Assembly: GCA_025603075.1 (NCBI GenBank)
Contig: MU626321.1
Coordinates: 44,990-108,989, forward strand
DNA: 64,000 nt
Source of the DNA: Neoconidiobolus thromboides FSU 785
Lineage: Eukaryota; Fungi; Entomophthoromycota
Direction: 5' to 3'
Made by a program: the position numbers and the translations under genes. How positions within the stretch are numbered: position 1 is the stretch's first letter; each line of letters begins with the position of its first letter. The notes under the pieces are model-generated. The model was not told the origin of the DNA, searched no databases, and saw only the letters and a list, made by a program, of their open reading frames with translations. Below are positions 35,872 to 47,161 of this stretch, one piece after another.

Positions 35872-36335
35872 TGCGAAATATCGCTTTGTCAGTCCCATGG
35901 TTAATTATAACATAACAATCGCCTAATCTGTTGTGTTCTTGAGTTCAGAGGAAATCAATCCCATGTTCTTATTTTGATTTGTTATGAGAATTTCTAACTT
36001 TATCCCAAAGAACATTATCCTCTCCTTTTGATATCCATACTTGTCGGAGTATAAAAGAGTTTACAGAGTATAGTAGTTCGAGGCTTTTTAACTGAATTAT
36101 TCCCTGATATCTCGAACATTTAATAAAGCCACTGAGTTTCCTTAATAGTATTTTACGTAGATTTTACAGTAGTATTGTCTATTCTATTTGTCTTATATAG
36201 CTTGTAACCTATTACGTGCTATTCCTCATAATCCAAGTCTATTTTAGTCACATAAACTAAGACCTTTCCACTTATAGTGTGGTCAACCCAGCAATAGCTG
36301 TTCTTGACTCCAAACCCTGAGTACCAGATTTCACA
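35872..36335 (+). mobile_element. Solo LTR-like element, copy 2 (464 bp)
   Basis: Inverted near-identical copy of 19717-20180; TATAAAA 36050-36056; AATAAA 36122-36127; flanks CTGG/CTAT do not match. Confidence 0.85.
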
Positions 36336-36344
36336 CTATATATC

Positions 36345-36905
36345 ATTCTTCTACTTTTATTTAATATATATATTATCTGATGAATATTTACTATCATTAT
36401 TTTTTTATTAAATCTTGATGAAATACCTGAATCATTTAGTAAATATTGTATAATAGTTTCAATTTAGTCATCTTTATAATTTTTTTGTATTTTTAATAAT
36501 AGGTTGTAATGTTGATATTTTATTATTATTACTTGTTTTTGAATAATCATATTGATTTATGTTTATATTAAATCCAAAACTCTTACATTCACCAAAAGAA
36601 TATACTGAAGCTATAGTTGATAATAACGCTACTTGTTGATTTTTGTTTCCTGTTTCCCTCAAAGCACTAATTTTATACATTGCTTGATTAAGTTTATTAT
36701 TATCGATGGTAAACTTTGATAATATATCTTTTCTTTGTTTTGTTTTATTATAAAATTCCATAAACCTTGGGTTGTTATAAGTAGCTTTTAAAATTGATGT
36801 AAACGAACTACAATGTTTATATTGTGTGTTCCTCGCTATCGTATTGAAATTTTCAAAAATTCCATATGGAAGTTTAGTTATGAAAGTTTGCGTTTTATTT
36901 TTATT
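36345..36905 (-). pseudogene. Degraded ORF remnant, possibly transposase-derived, beside an LTR
   Basis: Stop-to-stop frame of 144 codons (36905-36474) with no upstream ATG, containing ALLSTIASVYSFGECKSFGFNIN. A short shifted-frame continuation reads IETIIQYLLNDSGISSR. Confidence 0.3.
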
Positions 36906-37589
36906 TCAACAAAAAATAAAGTCAAATAACTGTATTTATATAATTATATAATCATATAGTTATATATTATATATCTGTTAAATATCTAACAGAACTAACA
37001 TAAAACATATAGTTAGGAAAATTAACTGTTCAAGAAAAGGAAACAATTAAAATAAGTTTTAAATAGAGAGATCTAACTTTAGGCTTTTTAGATTTAACCA
37101 TCATATTAGACACAAATTTAAAATTCTTAAATTTGGGTTAGTTTCTAATTCTGAAACCAACTAGGACAGCCCCATATCTTAGTAGTCCTTACAACACAAA
37201 CTAACAAATTTTCTATTTGGTTGACTAAACTTTGGTTTAAATGTCAGAATTACAGTTATGTCCAACTATAAGGCATATAGCTACTTATAAAGGTTTAAGT
37301 AAAAGCTTAAAGAAGAATATTATAGCATTTAAAAGTTCGTAATAGTATTTTAGGATAAAAGGTCCATATATTTAAAACTTCACCATAGTTATAATATTTA
37401 TTTATATCATATGCCTTACGTTTTACAGTTATTAAAAGCAATGGAATCTTATTGCTATCTTTTGAAATATATATAATAAAGTACCCTTATGAATAGCAAA
37501 ACTGTTATTTATAAGTGAAACAAATTGTAACTAATTAGAATAAACCCGTATTAAAGTAAATTCATAACATCCTTGTACATAAATCATAT

Positions 37590-37687
37590 GGTGATGTTTT
37601 TTTTGACTTCATTATTTTTCCATTTTTTAAGCACTATTCGAGTGAAAAGATTGTTAGTAAAATTCTTAAACACAAAAAAACACCCCC
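37590..37687 (+). mobile_element. MITE copy 15
   Basis: TSD ATAT/ATAT. Confidence 0.85.
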
Positions 37688-38813
37688 ATATACTAAAAAC
37701 ATGAGTTCTAAAATTAGATATGATAATTAATTTTTGAAATGTATAAGGTTATTTTGTATTAAAAAAATTACTATTTTTCTACTTAGTCTTTTTTTAATAG
37801 TCAAGTTGTTATTGATGACACCCTGTATTATTCAGAGAACCTTTTATATACATGGAATATAAGATTTCGATATAGAAACATCTATTTTAGTTTTGTAGCA
37901 TATAAAAGCTAAAATTTATTACAATATAAATTAAAATAAAATCTTAATAAGAATTGAGCTTTAGTTTAAGTACAAAACATCGGAGATAACACAAACTGAT
38001 TGGTTAATATAGTAATGTGCTAAAATAAATGGCAAAAAATATTTTTTAATTGAACACATTAATAAGCTAAATAAGTAGGTTTATTTCAAAGCTTAACTAT
38101 AAAAATAGTAATTATAAAGTACATGACTTGGTTATTTCACAGAGAAGTAGCTTATGAGATCTATATATTAAACTTTAGTAAATTAAACATACTATTATTA
38201 TAAAATTTAGGTTCTTTACATCAATGTAATCATTCTTTCCTTAATAGAAGTTTAAAAGTATATTTTAATATTTTATTGGATGGCTCTTATTCCTTTATCT
38301 ATCTTTATTTTTGTACTTTCATCTTATCTTTGTGATGAAGATTATATAAATTTATTTATATCATACCATTAAACATGCCATTTTCCTTCAAATGGCTTAT
38401 CAAACAAGAAATGATACTGATAATATATAACCCAAAAAAATGTCTTTATTTCAATATAAAGTATATGCTTTTATTGAACATATCTATCTAATAAAATACC
38501 AGATCATCTTTTTATATTGTGATCTGTTGTAAAATCATATACACAAACAGAACACAAAAAAGCAGTAAAATGAGAAAAAAATCAAAAAACACACGTGCGT
38601 TGTAAAAAAAGATATTATTAGGCAAACCGATAATAGTAATGATGTAAAGCATTTTAAAGGGGAGATGTAATATTATAATAAAGGGATGTCAAATAGTATA
38701 AAAACAAGTAAAAACAGCTAATAAACCTTAAAAAATTTATTTTAATTAACTTTTTTTTGAGCCAAGCTCATTACTACTCGACTTTCCTATTAACCTTACC
38801 TTACCTTTTAAAA

Positions 38814-40319
38814 ATGATAGACAATAAACAAATAGATGTTAAGGGGAATGTAAGTCCAAAAGAATTGCTCAAAAGATTAGATAATTTAAACTGGAGTAGA
38901 TGGCATACAAAAATCACGATTATTTTAGCCTTGGGTTGGGCTTTTGATGCTTTTGAAGTAACCATTGTATCTGCTGTACTCAGTACCTTAAAGCTCTATT
39001 TTGGGATCAGTAAAGTACAGGCCACTTCAATTACTATTGTTTGGTTAATGGGGTCCTTGGTGGGAGCTTTGAGTTTTGGTTATTTTGCTGATCGTTTTGG
39101 TCGTAAATTAGCTTTTGTTGTTACTATTTTAGGTTATTCGCTTATGACCATTGTTACTGCTTGTTCTTTCCATTTCCCTTTCTTTTTAGTCTTTCGTTTC
39201 TTGACTGCGGTTGGCGTAGGTGCTGAGTATACTGCTGTTAACGCTACTATCTCAGAGTTCATTCCATCCAAGCATCGTGGTAAAGTAAATACTATGGTCA
39301 TGGGATTCTGGTCATTGGGTGCTTTGATTGCTTATGGATTACAATACCCATTGTTAAAATACTTGGATAACAACTTAGCTTGGAGAATTGGATTTGCATT
39401 GGGTGGTACTGCAGCCATCTTTGTTTTATTTGCACGTAAATCGCTACCAGAATCACCAAGATGGCTTATAATACAAGGAAGATTTGATGAGGCTAGACAG
39501 ATCGTTGAAGAAATTGAAATTTCAGCAAAACAACCAGACAACAAGCTTAGTATTAATTATGATCCTGCTAATGATACTAGTCAGTTTGCTACTCATCAAA
39601 AATACTCTTATTTTAGAGTAGTCAAAGAATTGGTCACCAAATACCCGTTCCGTCTTGCTTTCGGTATGGTATTAAATAGCTCTCAAGCATTTGCTGATTA
39701 TGGTGTAAGCAATTTATTATCTCTTGGCGTATTGGGAGATTCTGGTATTAAAGATGCCAATGTAGCTTTATTCTATTTATATGGTGTATTCCTTACCGTA
39801 CCTGGGTTCCTTTTGCCAGTCTTCTTAATTGATCGTATTGGTAGAAAAATACTATTACCCTGTCTTTATATTTTAGGTATCATCGCTGTTGCTTGTTTCA
39901 TTCCTGCTTACTACTCCTCTAACCCTGCCTCTTCCTTGACCGGCGCTCACTGTTTCTATCAATTTGCTTATACCGCTCTTTGGGTTACTGTTTACCCAGC
40001 TTTTACTGAAGCTTTCCCAACGCATGTACGTGCTACTGGTATAGGGTTTGCAGTAGCATTTGGCAGAATTTGTGCATCTGTTTCTCCTACCATCTTAGTA
40101 GCTGTATATACTTATTTGGGCTCAAAAGGACCCGATGATAATGCGAAAAATATTGTAGCTGCATGTGGTATCATTTTTGCCTTCTTTGGATGTGGATTAT
40201 TAATGTGTTTAGCATGGGCAATTTGGGGAGTTGAAGGTAAAAATCGTTCCCTTGAAGATATGAATGCAGATTCTAAAGCAGAGCAAATTAAGGATGTTGA
40301 AAGTTCTTTTAAAAATTAA
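38814..40319 (+). CDS. MFS transporter, intronless; paralog 2 of 11488-12966
   Basis: RLDNLNWSRWHTK, GWAFDAFE, FADRFGRK, GVGAEYTAVN, LPESPRWL, EAFPTHVRATG. First ATG is at 38814 (the track starts at an upstream TTG). Confidence 0.9.
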   Translation: MIDNKQIDVKGNVSPKELLKRLDNLNWSRWHTKITIILALGWAFDAFEVTIVSAVLSTLKLYFGISKVQATSITIVWLMGSLVGALSFGYFADRFGRKLAFVVTILGYSLMTIVTACSFHFPFFLVFRFLTAVGVGAEYTAVNATISEFIPSKHRGKVNTMVMGFWSLGALIAYGLQYPLLKYLDNNLAWRIGFALGGTAAIFVLFARKSLPESPRWLIIQGRFDEARQIVEEIEISAKQPDNKLSINYDPANDTSQFATHQKYSYFRVVKELVTKYPFRLAFGMVLNSSQAFADYGVSNLLSLGVLGDSGIKDANVALFYLYGVFLTVPGFLLPVFLIDRIGRKILLPCLYILGIIAVACFIPAYYSSNPASSLTGAHCFYQFAYTALWVTVYPAFTEAFPTHVRATGIGFAVAFGRICASVSPTILVAVYTYLGSKGPDDNAKNIVAACGIIFAFFGCGLLMCLAWAIWGVEGKNRSLEDMNADSKAEQIKDVESSFKN

Positions 40320-40803
40320 ACAAATAAACTATTAATTTAATATACATAAGTAGTCTTAAGCGGCTTTTTTAGAATACTTATAAGTCTATTACTGTATCTT
40401 TATTAGAGCTTAATAGAAGTTGACAGACATTCAAAATATTCAATACAAGTCTATTATGATAGGTAGATTTTATAAAGCTTGTTAGAATTTTAAAACTATT
40501 AGTGCTAGTATTTTTTTTTGAATAACTTAAAATTTAAACTATAGACTATTTATTATTTTTACACGATTTTACTTTAAACATTTAAATCTAAAATTTGATT
40601 TTTAGTGGATAAAATTTTTAGCTTCAAAAGTCAAATTAGTAAATTAAATTGTCGATGATTAAGAGAGATCGCTAATTGAATGAATGGAGATCAAAAATAA
40701 GCTATTCTAAAAAACTTTTCTTCAAAATGAAAAATCACTTTTCAATTTTATTTATAACTAACGCGCACTGGGTGCCTGGACTATATAATACTACTATAAA
40801 ATC

Positions 40804-41448
40804 ATGTCTTTAAATAAGTTTATACCTGCTCTTTTACTAGCTTTATCTGTAAATGCTATCCCTGCTTCTCCCCAATTTGGCGCTTCTGCTCAGCAAGGAG
40901 GCTTTCCACAAGGAGGTTTTCCACAAGGAGGTTTTCCACAAGGAGGTTTTCCACAAGGCATTGACCCCCAACAAGCAGGTGGTCCTGTTGGAGCATTAGG
41001 TGTCACAGCAGGCGTTGATGGCTTACCACCACTTGAAAAATTCAATGAAAACTGTAAAGGTACAGATTGCAAACGCCGTCGTTTTACTATTGATTTTAGT
41101 CGTATCCAAAACCGCAGAATACTTCCCCCTGATAATGAATATTATGATGATGTGATCGACGATAGTACTGTATTTGGTGGAGGTGCTGGAGGCGGACTAC
41201 CCGGTTTTGGACAAGGTCAATTTGGTGGAGGCCAAGGCCAATTTGGTGGAGGTCAAGCTCAATTTGGTGGAGGCCAAGATCAGTTCGGTGGAGGTCAAGC
41301 TCAGTTCGGTGGAGGTCAAGCTCAGTTCGGTGGAGGTCAAGCTCAGTTTGGTGGTCAAGATCAATTTGCTCAAGCTCAGTTTGGTGGTCAAGATCAATTT
41401 GGTGGAGGTCAAGCTCAATTTGGGCAAGCTCAATTTGGTGGTCAATGA
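40804..41448 (+). CDS. Secreted Gly/Gln/Phe-rich repeat protein
   Basis: Signal peptide, (QGGFP)x4, central CKGTDCKRRR, C-terminal GGGQAQF repeats. Confidence 0.8.
   Translation: MSLNKFIPALLLALSVNAIPASPQFGASAQQGGFPQGGFPQGGFPQGGFPQGIDPQQAGGPVGALGVTAGVDGLPPLEKFNENCKGTDCKRRRFTIDFSRIQNRRILPPDNEYYDDVIDDSTVFGGGAGGGLPGFGQGQFGGGQGQFGGGQAQFGGGQDQFGGGQAQFGGGQAQFGGGQAQFGGQDQFAQAQFGGQDQFGGGQAQFGQAQFGGQ
41209..41445 (+). repeat. Coding tandem repeat (~21-bp unit, GGGQAQF)
   Basis: GGTGGAGGTCAAGCTCAGTTC units and variants. A 15-bp CAAGGAGGTTTTCCA array also lies at ~40894-40953. Confidence 0.85.
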
Positions 41449-42968
41449 AGATTTTAAACTTATTAAAATAATAAAGTTTTATGTTTTATTAATGAAAATA
41501 TGAATGGATTATTACATTAATAACTTGTTTTCTATTCGAACTCCTGTTTGATGTTTTATTACACTTCATAAAGTAAAGTCTAAAAGAGTTATTATGAGCT
41601 TTTTTGAAAAAAATCTATTAAAAATTTAAGGGTTTTGTATAATACAGATTATTATAAAATAAGTACAAAGTAGCTACTAGAAAGCTACAAAGTTAATAAA
41701 AGATATCAAATTTATGAAACAATATAAATTAGAAAATTACACAATAACTAAAAATACTTACATCAAAAACAACTCTTACATTTGTTTAAAATAAAGTAAG
41801 CTCTAATGATTTTAGTGAAGTAACTTATACATTGAATTATTTATATTACTATGAGTACCTTAATAAGCACAAAAGCTCGATTTAGTCATATAAAGCAGGA
41901 GTACACATATCTTCTTAAATGTATTATTATAGTAGAAAAAACCACCCTATAAATAACTCTTCTTATTGCTAGACAAAATAATCAAACTTTCAGAAGGGGG
42001 ATTTATATTTAATAGGAAATCTTTGTTAGTCTTAGATGTTCCATTAAAGCTTCTTTCGAATATCTTACATCTGATCTAAATCCTTTCTTCTCTCAACTCG
42101 AGTCTTTGATATTTTATATCTTTTAATAACCCATACCACCTTAACGAATAATCTAAAAAAAGATTTAATTTAATTAAATTACTAAATTAGTAAATTTAAT
42201 TCTATAAAAATAATATTAAACGGAACTTAAATTTTAAAAATAAAATCTATAAACTTATTTGTAAAGCGCGAGAAAAAAGGCATATATCAAGTATAACAGA
42301 AAAAAGCATATAATGAATAGTAAAGTACAAGCAAGCTTTAATAAAACTAGCAAGTTGGTAACTGATTTTATGAATAAAGTAAAAAATCTAATTGAAGAAA
42401 TAATTGCCTAAAATATATTAGTGAATTACTTATAAAGAAAAATCTCATTGCAACAGACAATTTCTGTTATAAAGCTGCCAAGACAAAAATCAAGGCTTTT
42501 ATATTTAACTATTAGAGTGGGGATAAAAACAGGTGTTAAAGAGTATCAAGAAGAAACTCTATATTTTATTGTATTTTTAAATGATAGTATAATTATATAT
42601 ATTAATATTGTTAAATAGATGTTTTATAATTAATAAAAATAATTGATGTTACTATTAAAAACCACTTAAAACAACCCTCAGCTTGTTCAAAGCTATCGGT
42701 TTAATTATAAACTTAGCCAAAAAAGCGTGATGATCCAATTGAGCAGTTGTTGGTGTGTATAAATAGAAATAGTGAATCAAAGAAAAATCCAGAATAGGAG
42801 TGTTCCCAAAAAGCCCACAAAAAATCTTTAAAATAAAAGTGCTAAATATCAAAAAAACAATCAAATTTATTAAAAAATAAATATAAAAACACTAAAAGTA
42901 GTCCATTGTATAATGGACCCTACAAAAAACAACCAAACAGATTTCTAAAGAAAAAACATTATTCTTAA

Positions 42969-43793
42969 TTAAGTCAAAGAGAAGCGGTACAACTCTTTAA
43001 ACTGATGAGACTCATACAAATGCTTGGATTGATAAGTTTGTTCATAAAATGCGATATCCCATTTTAAGCTATTATCATTAACTTCGCTCAAATTAACCGT
43101 TGCTTTAGCAAGTGTATCTAATGCCTTAAGTTCTGCATCATCTAGCTTTTGATTTGTAATCACATGCTTATTAAGATAAGCCAAAGAAATATGATGCAAA
43201 GGCTTAGCTCGTACCTTGGTGATTGTGCTGCAGTTATTGACTATATTCTCTACCAAGTTATGCAAATTAAACGGCGCTTCAATTGATAAATTAACTTTTC
43301 TTTTAGTTGGTAACAGTTCAATTCCATTAACATTAGGTACTATAGCAGAATAAGCTGATTCCTTATAACTTTTGAGTGTTGCTACTATTGAATTGATCAA
43401 ATTATAAGATTGAATCGTATCGATCGAAATAAAGCCAGTCATTGAGCAATGAGGATGATAAAGATGAGCTTCATTAGCACCAAAGTGTAAATGGCTAAGA
43501 CGGTAAAACTTTAAGATAGACTGATATAATTTGGACTGTTTATTAGGTTCCAGATAAACAATAAATCTTTTTTGTGGTTCAATTCTAGGTGTATTGTATA
43601 AATTGGTATTAAGTAAATATGAATTTAATGATGGACTTCGAGTTGGTCGTACTGAAAAATGGGCAAATTTCACCATTTCTTTAACCACCATGTTTTCATT
43701 CGAGTAAGTGGTAGCGTTGGCTGTGCTTTGTGTTAAGGGGTGATCATGATAGTTCATGCTTGTTGGGTTAAAAGACACAATCGATTTTGCCAT
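42969..43793 (-). CDS. Stand-alone UBASH3/Sts-type 2H phosphoesterase, intronless
   Basis: RFIVYLEP...GANEAHLYHPHCSMTGF...LHHISLAY gives two HxS motifs with the context of the UBASH3 2H domain. Confidence 0.7.
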   Translation of the reverse strand: MAKSIVSFNPTSMNYHDHPLTQSTANATTYSNENMVVKEMVKFAHFSVRPTRSPSLNSYLLNTNLYNTPRIEPQKRFIVYLEPNKQSKLYQSILKFYRLSHLHFGANEAHLYHPHCSMTGFISIDTIQSYNLINSIVATLKSYKESAYSAIVPNVNGIELLPTKRKVNLSIEAPFNLHNLVENIVNNCSTITKVRAKPLHHISLAYLNKHVITNQKLDDAELKALDTLAKATVNLSEVNDNSLKWDIAFYEQTYQSKHLYESHQFKELYRFSLT

Positions 43794-45679
43794 ATTAAAT
43801 TGAGTTATAGTAAAATAAGATGTAAGTGATAATTATCAGATAAATAGTGATGATCGAAAAAAACTGGAAAACTTTAGCCTATTTATATAGCCTTAAATAC
43901 TGAGTAATAAGTTAAGAGCGTTACTTTACGGTTCTTCAATATAATATAAATTGAACAATAGAATGTAAAAGTTGGATTGGACTAAGGATAGCTATTGATA
44001 TCTTATAAAATAAATAAATATTAACTAGCTTTAATAAAAATTTCAAATAAAAAGAATAAAAAGTAAAGATGTTGAATTAGCCTAATTTTGATTTTAGTTT
44101 CCAACTACAATTTTAAGCCACTTTAATCAAAAATTATTCTTAGCTTAGGTTGATTCATTTTTATTTCATTCGTTACCTTAGAAAATTTTTCTAAAAATAC
44201 ATCAAAACTTTAAAAATATATCAAATGAAACTCCGATCATCTTCTTAATTCTCCTTTAATTAGTTCAGTTTCATCACACAACTTTCTTACTTAAAAATTA
44301 CGACTGCTTAAAAAAACCAATTAAACAAGCTTCTAATTTTAGAGGCCAATTAAATTGTTACATTTATTTATTCTATAGGTATTCGTTAGTTTCCTAATAA
44401 TTAACAAATGTCCTTAAATTAGATAATATAGATTGATTTTCGTATTAGAAATACGCATCAATTGCTTTATAATGATGATGAGTTGAAATAAATTAATGTA
44501 ATAGATTTTGTTTTTTATTGTTATGAATCGATACTAATATGCTATAGCCTTGTAGTATTATAGTAGTGATAATAAAGACGCAATTTTATCTATTTATCAT
44601 GAGTGGTTTAAATATTTTTAAAATTACTAATATAAAAATGAGACAAAACTAAAGCAGAATTGCAAAAGGTTTTTAATTTTAAGTCAAATGATCTCAACAC
44701 TATAAGCTCATTAAAATCACCATTTCCAACATTATTCAATTGTTAGCAAATTCGAGTTTTAAATAACAAATTTTAGTTTCATTGGTGCACTTTTTTGATT
44801 GAAATTTCCACCTTCTGTCATTTTAAAAAGGATAAATATAAAGTTGTGTATGCTAAACTATTTTAATAGAAATAATAAATGGAAAGTTAAGGGTTAAGAA
44901 AATGTGGAATGGGAATTTTATCATACTTGAAGTCCACTTAGCGGATAAATTGATTAATTCAATTTATTAATTATTATATTACTATTTTATATTGATTAAT
45001 ATAAGTTAGAATAGTTTGTTTTTACTTGAAATCATAAACAATTTAAGTTACTACAACCTATACTTAGCATAAGCATTATATGGTTCTCATTAATGATTTT
45101 AATATTAATATATTTGTATAATAATAAGAAAACTAAATGAAGGGTATATATAGTATTTTTAAGAGCTTTTTTAATGTTGCAATTAACTTATTATATGACA
45201 AGTTTATTGTTTAAAAAATTGAATTTTTTATTTAAAATAGCACTTCATTTTGAGAATAATTTTGTCCTAGAAGAGCTTGTAGTTAGGTGTCTTTGTTTTT
45301 AATTTAAAGTTGAATATGTTTGATATAAAACTAAAGATACAAAAGAGAATATAGCCCTTAGATTCATATTTAAAAAAAGCCTCCAAATTAAAATATATAG
45401 ATAACATCTAGTTGTAAGTTGCCCTAGAAAACTAATATAAAAACTAAATATTTTGAGAAGGGTATTTAGGTAAATAGCTATTTTATTAATATGACTGTTA
45501 CACAATAGTATTAGTCTTTTCTAGAAAAAAACAGTATTGACTTTTTAGAAGGTGAAGGGGAATAGCGTAGCATAATTCAATTTTACATTGATTTGTATAA
45601 TGGTTTGGCTGTTTAATGATTGTTGATGTAGAGAGTTATTATAAAAGAAGAAATATTTCAAAATTAAAATTTAAAATAT

Positions 45680-45777
45680 GGGGCTGTTTTTTTGGCTTCA
45701 TTACTTTTTCTATCTTTTAAACACTATTTGAATGGAAAATTTGTTAGTAAAATTCTTAAACATAAAAATACATCCCC
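45680..45777 (+). mobile_element. MITE copy 16
   Basis: TSD ATAT/ATAT. Confidence 0.9.
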
Positions 45778-46089
45778 ATATATAAATGACCGAAAAAAAA
45801 TGAAAAAATAGAAATTCATTGATAGAAAATATAATATAAAACTATTATGAATAAAGCATTAGCTTATTTATGAGCTCAACCAAGCTAATAGCGGGGTGCT
45901 TTTAAGTTTGTCATAAAATTTGTTATTAATATTAGATATACTAGGCATAATAAGTAATAAAGAGATAATAAGCTTACAATTTACATCAAAATTTTTGTCC
46001 TTAAGTATATTCAATTGCGATTCAATTAACATACTTCACACTTTTTAAAATACTTAAAATATCTTTACTACCTAACTTTAAAAAATTAA

Positions 46090-46782
46090 GAGACTCATCT
46101 ATAACTTTATGTTTTCCAGTTTAATGAGGCCACCCAAGTCATTTATATTGAACTAGTTTTCAAATATACCTTTAACTTCTAGTTTTAAACAAGTAAAGTT
46201 TATATTTGAATCAAACTTGCCATTTGCATGAATATAAAGCCCTAATTTTACATATAATAGTATTATTTAATAAACCCTTCTTTAACTTTATCTAGTTTAT
46301 CTAAATCTAATCTAGTCTAGTAAAACCTCTTAAGAGACTTTACTTTATTTGAGCCCAAATCTTTGATCAATTCCTTTATGACACCAGATTTGCAATTAAT
46401 AGCCAAAAGCTCGATTTGACCTGTATACTTTTTGAATAAATTTAATATTGAAGTCGAACTAACTTGATTAGTGCATATAAATAACCTTTTCAATTTTGGC
46501 AAATAGGTTTGAATTTCGTCTTTATGAATACACCAACACATAAAGCTACGAAAAGTAATAGCTTTTAAATTTGGACAGTATTTTATACAATCAATGATAT
46601 AAGTATCTACAGTTAAATGTTGCAACATTTCTCTATTTTTCAATATAAATTCTTTTTGGTACTTAATAAACCTTACTTAGGTTGATCTTTTATCTACAAT
46701 CCCTGTATCATCATCAAAGTTATCTTCAATATACATTGAATATCTCAAATAATAGATCACTTGGCAATTGACAAATCTTCGT
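46090..46782 (-). pseudogene. F-box/LRR pseudogene copy A
   Basis: ACG AAG ATT TGT CAA TTG CCA AGT GAT (start lost), early stops, homologous to copies B-E (LPKLKRLFI; SNINFTCLKLEVKG). Left end approximate. Confidence 0.7.
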
Positions 46783-46903
46783 TCTTATAAAAAATACAAA
46801 AAAATAAGAAAACAATTTCTAATCATTTAAACAAGTATCGCATTGTTTTTTTATACCTTTAGATAAGTTAAAAAAGTACAAGCACTATCGATCAATAACA
46901 TAT

Positions 46904-47000
46904 GGGGGTGTTTTTTTGGCTTCATCACTTTTTCTATCTTTTAAGCGCTATTTGAGTGGAAAAGTTGTTGCAAAATCCTTAAACAAAAAAATACATCCCC
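46904..47000 (+). mobile_element. MITE copy 17
   Basis: Flanks ATAT/ATGT. Confidence 0.9.
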
Positions 47001-47064
47001 ATGTGTGATCGTTGTTACACTTATCTTCTCCATTGAAAGTATTAAACTTACATGTATAGCATAT

Positions 47065-47161
47065 GGGAATGTATTTTGTGTCTAACAATTTTACTAACAA
47101 TTTTTCCGCTTAAATAGCGCTTAAAAATGGAAAAAATAATGAAGTCAAAAAAAACACTCCC
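47065..47161 (-). mobile_element. MITE copy 18
   Basis: TSD ATAT/ATAT; inverted relative to copy 17, 64 bp away. Confidence 0.9.

Noticed and set aside
19717-36335. RIP-like hypermutation of repeats (suggested by CAA>TAA and ATG>ATA in F-box copies)
   Set aside because: Differences between LTR copies 1 and 2 are mostly transitions but in mixed contexts and both directions, with no clear CpA bias by eye. A genome-wide RIP index would be needed.
1312-41503. Many track ORFs antisense or out of frame within real genes (1312, 2994, 4304, 5137, 9278, 11676, 12021, 14531, 16165, 22851, 24803, 27324, 29970, 33128, 33465, 33775, 34233, 39332, 40890, 41174, 41197)
   Set aside because: Shadow frames of coding or repeat sequence with no independent motifs.
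42313-42411. 32-aa small ORF MNSKVQASFNKTSKLVTDFMNKVKNLIEEIIA
   Set aside because: Too short for support without expression or conservation data.
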